The notes under the pieces: generated by a model | What the model was told of the DNA's origin: nothing | The model's input: only the letters and a program-made list of their open reading frames with translations | Database searches by the model: none | Source of the DNA: Haliotis rubra | Lineage: Eukaryota | NCBI RefSeq assembly: GCF_003918875.1 | Contig: NW_025766503.1 | Coordinates: forward strand, 620,001 to 684,000 | Length of the DNA stretch: 64,000 bases | Reading direction: 5' to 3' | Shown: positions 38,292-51,900 of the stretch, in pieces | Position numbering within the stretch: position 1 is the stretch's first letter | How the letters are laid out: every line of letters begins with the position of its first letter | Position numbers and translations under genes: made by a program

Positions 38292-39490
38292 GGGACATCC
38301 CAGACATCAGACACAACCAGTAGGACATCCCAGAGATCAGACACAACCAGTAGGACATCCCAGAGATCAGACACAACCAGTAGGACATCCCAGACATCAG
38401 ACACAACCAGTAGGACATCCCAGACATCAGACACAACTAGTAGGACATCCCAGAGATCTGACACAACCAGTTGGACATCCCAGAGAAAAGACACAACTAG
38501 TAGGACATCCCAGACATCACACACAACCAGTAGGACATCCAAGACATCAGACACAACCAGTAGGACATCCCAGAGATCAGACACAACCAGTAGGACATCC
38601 CAGACTTCAGACACAACCAGTAGGACATCCCAGAGATCAGACACAACTAATAGGACATCCCAGACATCAGACAATCCCAGTAGGACATCCCAGACTTCAG
38701 ACACAACCAGTAGGACATCCCAAACATCAGACACAACCAGTAGGACATCCCAGAGATCAGAAACAACCAGTAGGACACCCCAGACTTCAGACACAACCAG
38801 TAGGACATCCCAGACATCACACACAACCAGTAGGACATCCCAGACATCACACACAACCAGTAGGACATCCCAGAGATCAGACACAACCAGTAGGACATCC
38901 CAGACATCAGACACAACCAGTAGGACATCCCAGACATCAGACACAACCAGTAGGACATCCCAAACATCAGACACAACCAGTAGGACATCCCAGACTTCAG
39001 ACACGACTAGCATGACATCCCAGACATCACACACAACCAGTAGGACATCCCAGACAGCACACACAACCAGCAGGACATCCCAGACATCACACACAACCAG
39101 TAGGACATCCCAGAGATCAGACACAACCCGTAGGACATAACAGACATCAGACACAACCAGTAGGACATCACAGACATCACACACAACCAGTAGGACATCC
39201 CAGAGATCAGACAAAGCAGTAGGACATCCCAGAGATCAGACACAACCAGTAGGACATCCCAGAGATCAGACACAACTAGTAGGATATCCCAGACTTCAGA
39301 CACAACTAGTAGGACATCCCAGACTTCAGACACAACTAGTAGGACATCCCAGAGATCGGACACAACCAGTAGGACATCCCAGACTTCAGACACAACTAGT
39401 AGGACATCCCAGACATCAGACACAACCAGTAGGACATCCCAGAGATCAGACACAACCGGGGAGACATTTCAGAGATCAAGACACAACCTC
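38292..39490. repeat. 30-bp tandem satellite GGACATCCCAGACATCAGACACAACCAGTA
   Basis: About 40 copies. Explains the (DVWDVLLVVS)n ORFs. Confidence 0.97.
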
Positions 39491-40469
39491 TATATATACA
39501 GACGAATTCAAACAAACATATCTTGTTTCTGTATCTCGAATCTCATCTGCGTGTCCCGAGTACAACAAGACATAAAGCCTGACTGTCATGTTATTGACAT
39601 ATGGTACATCCTGTCGTTATGTCAATCTGTGCATCTACAGCCAAACGGGATACTGTGGAAGCTACAGTGTATAGAAAAAAAAGATAGGGATTGAAAAAAA
39701 TCGAATTGTATCAGAAAACCCTTTTCAACCATACACCTTCAATTAATTAAGCGTTCAAATTTTGCGAAGCGTTCGGCTGACGCGATACACCATGAAAGTG
39801 TGTCAGACGTGAAGGTTTGATTTGAGTGAGAGTGACTGTATGCGTCATACCGTGCTTAACATTCCAAACATAAGGAGCGATCAATTAACCCGATATTCCC
39901 ATGACCAATCAAGTTTCTAAGTTTATTGATTTTAAGCAAAAATGCAAGCTCTCAGTCAAACCACTCTTAGACAATGTGCTCCAATATGTATTACACGGAC
40001 CATGAAACAAGCCATCAAGGCACATTTAAAACACAACTTCACATCGCCCGCTACTAGTGTGCAATGTATCGTTAAGTGTGATAACAGGAAAACTATGTTT
40101 CTTCAGTATGTTCATGGGTGAATTAACTGACGACATATTATTCATTGTCTGTCAGATGTGTTCATCGACTACTGTTTGGACAAGGCTGGTCCATGCAGTC
40201 ATGTGGAGATCCAGTTCAGCAAATACAACCTGCTATGTTTGTTTTGTTCAAACAAGTGATAGCTGAGAGAAGGGACTGCGTGACACGCTGTACATGATGC
40301 AAGGTCAGTAGGGGAGCTGCTGCCTGGGAATCGTCAAAGTATGCAGCAGCTATAAAGATAATCTGTATATTTCGTGAGCTATTCATAGTCCTCTCGGGTT
40401 TTATTCATCTCCTGGTTTGATGGTATTTATGTTGATAAGCGCAGATTCCTCTTGCTTTTTACAGCAGTA

Positions 40470-40995
40470 AGACCGTCCACAGTAGTAGCACTGAATACCC
40501 CGGGGTCAATGTATTCTGACAATGTACAATCACAGGCGTCCGTCTACAATAGTAGCACTGAATACCCCGGGGTCAATGTATTCTGACAATGTACACTCAC
40601 AGGCGTCCGTCCACAGTAGTAGCACTGAATACCCCGGGGTCAATGTATTCTGACAATGTACAATCACAGGCGTCCGTCCACAGTAGTAGCACTGAATACC
40701 CCCGGGGTCAATGTATTCTGACAATGTACAATCACAGGCGTCAGTCAACAGTAGTCGCACTGAATACCCCGGGGTCAATGTATTCTGACAATGTACAATC
40801 ACAGGCGTCCGTCTACAGTAGTAGCACTGAATACCCCGGAGTCAATGTATTCTGACAATGTACAATCACAGGCGTCCGTCCACAGTAGTAGCACTGAATG
40901 CCCCAGGGTCAATGTCTACTGTCAATGTACAATCACAGCCGTCTGTCCACAGTAGAAGCACTGAATTCCGCCGGGGTCAATGTTTACTGCCAGTG
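40470..40995. repeat. 67-69-bp satellite, cluster 1
   Basis: GGCGTCCGTCCACAGTAGTAGCACTGAATACCCCGGGGTCAATGTATTCTGACAATGTACAATCACA with period 67 (40535->40602). About 8 copies. Confidence 0.95.
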
Positions 40996-43680
40996 AACGC
41001 CACAAGCGTTCTAACTTGTAGCACTATCTTCCGTCGTCTATTCTCTAAGAACAAACATATTCAATGAAATTTGCTTTCTTTTGTTTTTCTAAACGTATAA
41101 ATGCAAAATTTCTCCTTTTGAAGAAGAATGATGTTTATTTACTTCACGTCCGAGTTCAAGGATCTCACAATTAATTATTTACATTGTGTACGTCAGTTGA
41201 AGTTCGAATAATTTGAAGATGAATGATTCCCATGTATATCGATTAAATATAAATCGAATGATCCCGATGGAATCGAAGATCGAATGCGAATGCATCATAT
41301 CATATAATAATGATATCATATTAAATGAGAATGAAGGGTTCTCAATCATCATATCATTAAATTTCGTATATAATCATATCCCAAAATGAAGAAAGACCAA
41401 TGAAAATAATCAATGATATCGAAGAAGGAATGGTATATAGATGTTATATCCCATAGTCATAGAAATGGATGTCGACCCAGATATATGGAATGTTATCGTT
41501 GTTCGAGAAGGATCCCAGTCAAACGAACCGAAAGTCATCATGAATGAATTTCCATATCGACGAACTTGAAGAATGGAATAAATGAAATTGGCCATTGAAA
41601 ATGATCTGCAAGTCCTAAAGCTCAGAAGAAAACCAGATTCAGTCCCCTATATCCCACCATGCATGGCCAAATGACGGCCCGCCTTCGGCTAAAAGCGTGT
41701 ACGGCATAAGTCGGTAAATGCTTTTTGGTATCTGTTACCGCGGCCTGGAATATGCGAAATTCTTCAAAGTGTTGCCATTAAAATGGGCGGCGTGTTCGAA
41801 TAAGTTCAGTTTGAAGCCAGCCATGCACTGTTTGCTGTTCAGGGCCTGGATATGTCGCGGCTTGTAATGGCAGCGGTTCCAATATAGGGCGGTCGGTGGG
41901 CAGAAAGCCGGTATAGTGAAATGGCGTTTTTAAGAAACAAGTGCGCGTTACCGTCGACGAAGGGTTGCGCTGGTATGTCCGATAGGGCGTTGTAATGGGA
42001 TGCTGTTCCAGAAGCACGTTCTGGTATAATTGCTCGGAGTCGTAATGCAATTTTGGAGGGTTATGGGTCGATGTTGCCGCCAATGGCGAAACGCCCGCGG
42101 CCTATCTTCATCGATTACCGTCAATGCATAATTATACAATGCGGCTCCCGGCGGACCGAGCGTTCCGGTTCCGCCATTCCAGCCTGCTGGTCAAACAGAC
42201 AGCCATAATGCCCGAATGCCTGCACGGTCAGCCATGGTGGCATTGTTGTCGTTTCATCCGCATCGTTTAAAGCCCATGCCCGCATCCGGTTTTCCACCGT
42301 TTTGTTCTGGCATTGCATGGTTCCTATTATCTTTGAATCGCAAGAATTCGAATGGAATGATTCGAAAGCGGTTCCGGCGTCGCAAGCGTCGTTATGCCGC
42401 GTTTTGTCATTACTGGATATCACGGTACAGGCAAAATGTTGGTTTTGGAATTGTGAATCCGCCACTTTAACGCTCGTTTTTCAGCGAATGCCATTAATTT
42501 ACGCAGCCACGAACTTTACCGGATCAATATGGCGGTTCGCAAAACATCGGCACGCGAATGTACGTTACCGCGAGCTTTCAAATGAAATGGTATTTTCAGC
42601 GGAATGAAAGAATGGTAGCCATGCCATACGTTGTTCTGCCGGAGTTTCTCGATTTCAATAGTGCCAGCGGTCATTCCGAATGCTCCACTTTCACCGGATG
42701 AATGGAAGCGGTTATCCGAATCCCGCTAAACGAAAGTCAGTTCGTGCTTCAGCTTGGGAAGCATCAGCAACCGTACGATACGCGAGCACGAACGCGAAAT
42801 GGGGTCTTTACGCGAACATGAAATGCGATGAAGGCATGAGTTCTTCGGTCGAGGACGGTCCGTCCGAAGCGCAATTGAAAAGGTTTCGATCGTCAACGAG
42901 ACAAAATAACGCCAGCATTTTACGGAATCGGGAATGAAATCGCGAGTTGTTGCTGGATAACGGCAATGTTTGCTTTTATGATTCCGAAGTTCACGCGCCA
43001 AAGCCCAACGCAAGGGCTCAAACCGGGAAGGCATAACAAAGTCAGTAATTTAGCATAAATGGAATCATTTATTCGATCTGCCAGCCTGTTTCATCCCGTT
43101 ACCATGAACAGTTCGACGCATCGAAGCGTGAAGGTTAACGGTTAACGTAGATTTCTATATTACCGGTGATGATTTCAGTCACGGTATCAATGTTGGCCGT
43201 AGTCTGCGAGTTCACGGTCAGCGAATGGCCAGTCGCACGCCATGAATAGCACTGATTCCCAGTCGGGTCAATGGGCCATGGAATGAGTTCCGTCAGCAAC
43301 GGAATTTCGGTTGTCAGCATCGAAACCATCAATGGAAGCACGAATAATGCCCGTCGCCGGAAGGCCCATCTCTTGCCGAAGCCGTGCCATCAGTTCCGCC
43401 CATAGAAAGCACGAATGTCTTTGAGTCATTGTCAGTAGTTCAGTGGCACGAATCGGCGTCCACGGTCGTCGGCCGGAATGCCATCTGCTCACGCGTATTT
43501 ACAACCGAAGAAAGCCCTGCCCAGTAGTCGATTCCCGGACCGGTCATTTTCGTCATGGCTAACGGAAAACGTCTGCTGTGGAAGTACCCTTTGGGTTTGG
43601 CACCGCATGATTCCATCATGACGCATGACTAGGGTATTCCATCGAATGTAGGCAGAATCCTTGTAATGGAATGTCCGTTC
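40996..43680. other. Compositionally alien CpG-rich block, probable long-read base-calling or assembly artefact
   Basis: Abundant CG/CGAA/GAAT words, longest ORF 114 aa with none recognisable, gradual fade-out and fade-in of the flanking satellite, and ghost satellite copies at about 43247-43273 and 43399-43480. Confidence 0.6.
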
Positions 43681-44538
43681 CACAGTTCGTCCGTCAACAG
43701 TAGAAGCACTGATTCCCCCCGGGGTCAATGTCTACTGTCAATGTACAATCACAGGCGTCCGTCAACAGTAGAAGCACTGAATCCCCCCGGGGTCAATGTC
43801 TACTGTCAATGTACAATCACAGGCGTCCGTCCACAGTAGAAGCACTGAATCCCCCCGGGGTCAATGTCTACTGTCAATGTACAATCACAGGCGTCCGTCC
43901 ACAGTAGAAGCACTGAATCCCCCCGGGGTCAATGTCTACTGTCAATGTACAATCACAGGCGTCCGTCCACAGTAGAAGCACTGAATCCCCAGTGGTAGGG
44001 TCAATGTCTTCTGTCAATGTACAATCACAGGCGTCCGTCCACAGTAGAAGCACTGAATCCCCGGGGTCAATGTCTTCTGTCAATGTACAATCACAGGGTC
44101 GTCCACAGTGGGTCAATGTCGTGGCGTCCTACTGTCAATGTACAATCACAGGCGTCCGTCCACAGTAGAAGCACTGATTCCCCGGGGTCAATGTCTTCTG
44201 TCAATGTACAATCAAGGCGTCCGTCACAGTAGTAGGCGTCCGTCAATGTACAATCACAGGCGTCCGTCCGTCCACAGTAGAAGCACTGATTGAATCTTCT
44301 GTCCCCCGGGGTCAATGTCTTCTGTCAATGTACAATCAAAGGCGTCTGTCCACAGTAGTAGCACTAAATGCCCCGGGGTCAATGTCTACTGTCAATGTAC
44401 AATCACAGGCGTCTGTCCACAGTAGTAGCACTAAATGCCCCGGGGTCAATGTCTTCTGTCAATGTACAATCACATTCGTCCGTCCACAGTAGAAGCACTG
44501 AATCCCCCCGGGGTCAATGTCTACTGTCAATGTACAAT
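43681..44538. repeat. 67-69-bp satellite, cluster 2
   Basis: Same unit (TAGAAG / TCTACTGTC variant). About 12 copies, some scrambled at 44090-44310. Confidence 0.95.
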
Positions 44539-45627
44539 ACACGTTTCACCCCACCTCTCAGCTCGGGAACATCGGCCAGTGGTTCTGTGAGCTAGAGGTG
44601 CTGCATCAATGCGTCAAATTTAAAAGCAGTTCCTGAACAATGACCCTTTTTGTATATCAAGTTTGGGTTCTGTTATTAATAACACTATCCCAAAGATGCT
44701 AAAATGTTTCAGTCCCTTTCAAAGTATTACTAAATCTAGACTTAGTCCCACTGACTCCAATCTGTGCTGAATGTGGTGCAGTCACGTACTCAACTACATG
44801 GTGTTGATTGATCGGTGTCACATGTTCGCTTTTACCACACCATGAGGAGCCCGGTAGTATCACAAGTTTCACCATCTTGGTGTACCAACGGATTGCAAAA
44901 TATTTACCCACCGATCTTGACTGTTTTCTACCTTAAACATATTTTTGGTTTGAAGGGTACATATCTATATTGGTACCTTCTAGGTTCTTGGTACATGCTG
45001 TGTTGTGGTGCCTGACGACACCAAGGCCCATGTAGTCGTTTGTGTGTGTTGTCATTAAGTACTTGCAAATCTGGCGGCTAATAAATTGATACTAGGGCAG
45101 GGCAGTCGTACATCAGGATAAGCTGTTCAAAGACATAATTGCATTGTTAGTTTGGAGCACTTTAGTGATTGCTTATCACATATCTCCTATTGCACGGGGA
45201 AATGTAATACATAATTATTTCTAAATGATAAATCAGCCGATGGCACATCGCATTAGCTAACCCTGACATGGACATCCATTATAAAGGCGATTCAGAATAA
45301 CAAAGAACATGCCATCAATTTGAGGTGTCAGCTGTTTCAAGATAATGAATAACTAAAACGATACTTGTTGCTTAAATTATTTTCATGATGGAGTAAACAG
45401 TATCATTTCTCCCACAAGCAGTGAGTAAGGGGCGTTGTAAGTTGCTTTCAACATTGTTCTGACCATGCGACGGCTGGGTAAATCTTCTGTGCAATGTCAT
45501 GCAACGAGGGTGCGGCTGGAACACCTACAAACGACCAGATTCAGTACTTAAGGTTACTCAAATATATGATCAATTTTACGGTTTCTGAGGTAACGGGTGT
45601 TCACCCAATGAGTAACGTTAACGTAGT

Positions 45628-46003
45628 CTGGAACAAGGTGGATGTCATCATAGAAGGACAGGGCTGCAGGCTATATGGCGAGACAAAGCCAGGACAGGGT
45701 AGGCACAAGGCTTTGTGGAACAAGGTGGATGTCATCCTAGACAGACAGGGCTGCTGGCCATATGGCTAGACAAAGCCAGGACAGGGTAGGCACAAGGCTT
45801 TGTGGAACAAGGTGGATGTCATCCTAGACAGACAGGGCTGGTCACAGGGCGAGACAAAGCCAGGACAGGGTAGGCACAAGGTTTTGTGGAACAAGGTGCA
45901 TATCATCATAGTCAGACTGGGCTGGCTATATGGCTAGACAAAACCAAGATAGGGTAGACACAAGGCTTTGTGGAACAAGGTGGATGTCATCCTAGACAGA
46001 CAG
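45628..46003. repeat. 84-87-bp minisatellite (GGAACAAGGTGGATGTCATC...CACAAGGCTTTGT)
   Basis: Unit starts at 45630, 45717, 45804, 45888 and 45972. Confidence 0.92.
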
Positions 46004-47639
46004 CATCATTCCCCCTAGCGAGATCTGTGAGTATCTGTTCTGATTTCGTCACAACTTTGGATATATTATAATCGATGCAACAAGTCACTTTCATCAAGGA
46101 AAGTAATAGTAAATCACTCCATGTACACTGACACTTTACCAGATTTACCTAAACACTGACAATAACGATAATAATACACTGACAAGATCCTGAGTACCCC
46201 ATCCCTACTTAGTCCACTATTACTTCAAACATGTGATAATGAGAATGACACCCTGAATGCCCACAAGGCCCGTTCGTAATGACGTGAGGTAATATATGAC
46301 GAAGACACTTTCACCTATTCCTTTTCATGTTGCATCAAATTAGGTCACACGTCGGCATCCATCGCTGTATCACTTGTTTTCCAATCTCTGTCCAAACGAA
46401 TTAAGTCTTTGTGATGCCAGGTGACGCGTATTTTATATTTGATTTTCTTGACCTGGAATATAATCTAATGGAACATGATCTGAGGGGAAAACAGAAACCA
46501 AAGCCTGCGGTGGTTGTCAAACAGGCATACTATGTTTAAACGAGATGATTTGACGAGATCAGGTTGCGCTGATCATCTCAGCAATAAGAGATGATTAAAT
46601 TGTTTTTGTTATGATTCCTTAAAAGTGCATAACGTTTTGTTTTTACATTAATTAGCTGTCCAGAATATGTATTGCTATCTAATGCAAGCAGTGATGTAGA
46701 AGTTACTATGTTATGTTGCTTTTAGAGTCATGGTCAGTTACATTCTGGAATCTATTATCACAGCTATAGACTAATCCATCATTGTATATAACTATATTGA
46801 AGGTATTTAGACTATAAAAATGTGCAAACACATTCCTCTCTTGACATTAAGAACAGAGGTTTTGTGAATATCTCTTTTAAGTCACATCGGATATCCAGCT
46901 AAGACCCTTTTTGAAGCACTGTTGGTGTCAGTTTATTATTGCATGTATTAGCACAGATTAGTGCTATCACCACTGCTATTGTATTTAATAATTTCATACT
47001 GCTACTATTATTATACTACAACTGAATTTTGTACTGTCGCTCTATTGTCCACTTCCATTGTAATTACTTTGAAGTAATGTGCAGTGTATTGTAAATATAG
47101 TTAAATATATTATACAGTTGTTCATGTTATAACATTTCTTTGTTGTTTGTTGGTTTAACACTAAATACTTTTGGGAAAACATTTCTGGGTTAACGTTATA
47201 TTTTTTATTTATTAATTACTATTCCTTGGTATCAATGGCAAAAATATATACAAATATGTATTAGACTTTTTAATTTGTGGATCCCACATTTTGAACGCCA
47301 ATGTTTGAGAAATGTAGTTGAATGTCAATAATACTGAACACAATGACTAACTCTGCCTGGATTCAATGATGGCTGTTGTGATCCGCTGTAATGAAACATC
47401 TACATCGTGACTATATCACAGGGTTCCGTGCATGAGCTCTAAATCACAGCTATATTTAAATTATATTTTCTGGTTGAATTAAAGACCAGTAAATACAAAC
47501 AGCATGTAACATATAACACATAAAGCGATAACTACACAGCAGCTGGAAAGTTGACATTCCTTATTGAGTGCCACATGGTTCAGTCTCAATTTCATCTCCA
47601 ATTTCATCTCAACGCGGATGATACCCAAAGTTGCTTAGT

Positions 47640-48540
47640 CCTGAAACCTTCACAATCTGAGTCAGTCAGTCTCAGCTTGTGAAATATTCACAAACTGCAT
47701 CAGTGACATCAAGGTATGGAGCACACCACACCTCCTGAAACAGAATTCTTGGTTTTGTGATAGGATATGACAGGACGCAATATCCCCTCTCAACATCGAG
47801 GACTGTACTATCCGTCCTCGTGATGGTGCACGCAATCTGGGTGTTATCTTTGATTCTACCAATGAGACTAAAAAAACCAGGATCGTCAAGAAATATTTCA
47901 ACAAACTGAACAAATCCAAGTACAAGATATTGTTTCATGGGGACCTGACAACTACAATGCTTTGCTTTACGGACTTCCAGAGTCTCACCTGCACAAGCTC
48001 CAAACTTTTACAGTCTAAACCGGCACACGGAGATAGGCACATGTCCTAAAACAATTATACTGGCTTCCTATATGACAACGAATCTTGTACAAACTACTTA
48101 TCTTGATTTTCAAGCACTCAACAACAAAACACAAGTCTACTTAGCAGATCTTAGACATATACACCGGCAAAATGTCTTAGATCACCAGATCAGTGTGCTG
48201 CAAGGACGGTTAAACACGAACTGAGACATTCGGCAGACGACCACCTCGGGAAGCACTGATTCCCCCCGGGGTCAATGTCTACTGTCAATGTACAATCACA
48301 GGCGTCCGTCCACAGTAGAAGCACTGAATGCCCCCGGGGTCAATGTCTACTGTCAATGTACAATCACAGGCGTCCGTCCACAGTAGAAGCACTGATTCCC
48401 CCCGGGGTCAATGTCTACTGTCAATGTACAATCACAGGCGTCCGTCAACAGTAGAAGCACTGAATCCCCCCAGTTTCACCTGGGATTAGAACACTAGCAG
48501 AACCTGACAGCTTTAATTCTGATTAATTTACTTAGGACAA
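47640..48540 (+). mobile_element. L2-clade LINE 3' fragment, interrupted by satellite at 48251-48470
   Basis: NCISDIKVWS, ARNLGVIFDST, LYWLPI*QRILYKLL, TFGRR, and after the satellite PGIRTLAEPDSF. Confidence 0.8.
48251..48470. repeat. 67-69-bp satellite, cluster 3
   Basis: About 3.2 clean copies of the cluster-2 variant. Confidence 0.95.
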
Positions 48541-48916
48541 CATCCATAGTTCCCAAACGTTTATTGACAACTAATGTTTTCATTTGCAGAGACTCTTCGG
48601 CACTTTTGAGCTTCCAATTGGGCCAGGTTCTATACAGGAGGATCCCTTTCTTGCACACGACGACCAATCATATCCCAGATATGGTCCAAAGGGTTAAGAT
48701 CGGGGCTAATTCAATCGTGAGATATGTCAGGGGTGCTCAATTAAGTTCTTTGTGTATACTAGGGGAGGAATATTGTTCACCAGATCTTCCTGCACAAAAT
48801 GTATTGTGCACTTTCATTTATAATGGCACACAAAAGAGATACACCGGCATTGTGAGACGTGAGACACCAAGATCAGGAGGTGTACAGTTAGTGTCAAGTG
48901 TCTTTGTTAGAAACAT

Positions 48917-51900
48917 GCCTCTGTTCACACATCACCAGTGGAGTGAGATGGCAATGTGACTGTTAACCTTGCCTCTGTTCACACATCACCGGTGGAGTGA
49001 GATGGCAATGTGAATGTTTACCTTGCCTCTGTTCACACATCACCGGTGGAGTGAGATGGCAATGTGAATGTTAACCTTGCCTCTGTTCACACATCACCGG
49101 TGGAGTGAGATGGCAATGTGAATGTTAACCTTGCCTCTGTTCACACATCACCGGTGGAGTGAGATGGCAATGTGACCGTTTACCTTGCCTCTGTTCACAA
49201 ATCACCTGTGGAATGAGATGGCAATGTGATTGTTAAACTTGCCTCTGTTCACACATCACCTTAGGAATGAGATGGCAATGTGACTGTTAGCCTTGCCTCT
49301 GTTCACATATCACCGGTGGAGTGAGATGGCAATGTGACTGTTAGCCTTGCCTCTGTTCACACATCACCGGTGGAGTGAGATGGCAATGTGAATGTTTACC
49401 TTGCCTCTGTTCACACATCACCGGTGGAATGAGATGGCAATGTCACTGTTAACCTTGCCTAGGTTCACATATCACCGGTGGAGTGAGATGACAATGTGAC
49501 TGTTAACCTAACATCTGTTCACACATCACCGGTGGAGTGAGATGGCAATGTGGCTGTTAGCCTTGCCTCTGTTCACACTTCACCGGTGGAATGAGATGGC
49601 AATGTGACTCTTAACATTGCCTATGTTCACACATCACCGGTGGAATGAGATGACAATGTGACTCTTAACCTTACATCTGTTCGGTGGAGGAGATGCCAAT
49701 GTCACATTACTGGTGGAGTGAGATGGCAATGTGACTGTTAACTTTGCCTCTATTCACACATCACCGGTGGAGTGAGATGCCAATGTGACTGTTAAGCTTG
49801 CCTCTTTTCACACATCACCGGTGGAGTGAGATGCCAATGTCACTGTTTACCTTGCCTCTGTTCACACATCACCGGTGGAGTGAGATGGCAATGTGAATGT
49901 TAACCTTGCCTCTGTTCACACATCACCGGTGGAGTGAGATGGCAATGTCACTGTTAACCTTGCCTCTGTTCCCACATCACCGGTGGAGTGAGATGGCAAT
50001 GTGAATGTTTACCTTGCCTCTGCTCACACATCACCGGTGGAATGAGATGGCAATGTGACTGTTAAGCTTGCCTCTGTTCACACATCACCTGTGGAGTGAG
50101 ATGGCAATGTGACTGTTAACTTTGCGTCTATTCACACATCACCGGTGGAGTGAGATGGCAATGTGACTATTAACTTTGCCTCTGTTCACACATCACCGGT
50201 GGAGTGAGATGACAATGTGACTGTTAACTTTGCCTCTGTTCACACATCACCGGTGGAGTGAGATGACAATGTGAATGTTAACTTTGCTTCTGTTCACATA
50301 TCACCGGTGGAATGAGATGGCAATGTGACTGTTAACCTTGCCTCTGTTCACACATCACCGGTGGAATGAGATGACATGTGTGACATCTGTTCACACATTA
50401 CCGGTTGAGACTCAATGTCACTGTTAGCCTTGCCTCTGTTCACACATCACCGGTGGAGTGAGATGGCAATGTGACTGTTAGCCTTGCCTCTGTTCACACA
50501 TCACCGGTGGAGTGAGATGGCAATGTGACTGTTAACTTTGCCTCTATTCACACATCACCGGTGGAGTGAGATGCCAATGTGACTGTTAAGCTTGCCTCTT
50601 TTCACACATCACCGGTGGAGTGAGATGCCAATGTCACTGTTTACCTTGCCTCTGTTCACACATCACCGGTGGAGTGAGATGGCAATGTGAATGTTAACCT
50701 TGCCTCTGTTCACACATCACCGGTGGAGTGAGATGGCAATGTCACTGTTAACCTTGCCTCTGTTCCCACATCACCGGTGGAGTGAGATGGCAATGTGAAT
50801 GTTTACCTTGCCTCTGCTCACACATCACCGGTGGAATGAGATGGCAATGTGACTGTTAACCTTGCCTCTGTTCACACATCACCTGTGGAGTGAGATGGCA
50901 ATGTGACTGTTAACTTTGCGTCTATTCACACATCACCGGTGGAGTGAGATGGCAATGTGACTATTAACTTTGCCTCTGTTCACACATCACCGGTGGAGTG
51001 AGATGACAATGTGACTGTTAACTTTGCCTCTGTTCACACATCACCGGTGGAGTGAGATGACAATGTGAATGTTAACTTTGCCTCTGTTCACATATCACCG
51101 GTGGAATGAGATGGCAATGTGACTGTTAACCTTGCCTCTGTTCACACATCACCGGTGGAATGAGATGACAATGTGACTCTTAACCTTACATCTGTTCACA
51201 CATTACCGGTGGAGTGAGACTCCAATGTCACTGTTAGCCTTGCCTCTGTTCACACATCACCGGTGGAGTGAGATGACAATGTGAATGTTAACTTTGCCTC
51301 TGTTCACATATCACCGGTGGAATGAGATGGCAATGTGACTGTTAACCTTGCCTCTGTTCACACATCACCGGTGGAGTGAGATGCCAATGTCACTGTCAAC
51401 TTTGCCTCTGTTCACACATCACCAGTGGAGTGAGATGGCAATGTGACTGTTAGCCTTGCCTCTGCTCACACATCACCGGTGGAGTGAGATGGCAATGTGA
51501 CTGTTAGCCTTGCCTCTGTTCACACATCACCGGTGGAGTGAGATGGCAATGTGACTGTTAGCCTTGCCTCTGCTCACACATCACCGGTGGAGTGAGATGC
51601 CAATGTGACTGTTAGCCTTGCCTCTTTTCACACATCACCGGTGGAATGAGATGGCAATGTGACTGTTAGCCTTGCCTCTATTCACACATCACCGGTGGAG
51701 TGAGATGCCAATGTGACTGTTAGCCTTGCCTGTGTTCACACATCACCGGTGGAGTGAGATGGCAATGTGACTGTTAGCCTTGCCTCTATTCACACATCAC
51801 CGGTGGAGTGAGATGACAATGTGACTGTTAGCCTTGCCTGTGTTCACACATCACCGGTGGAGTGAGATGGCAATGTGACTGTTAACTTTGCCTCTATTCA

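Noticed and set aside
38285-39453. 309-aa (DVWDVLLVVS)n ORF and related ORFs
   Set aside because: Translation of the 30-bp satellite.
41778-43728. Bacterial or phage genes
   Set aside because: Only short overlapping ORFs with no recognisable motifs or operon-like packing, and satellite ghosts occur within the block.
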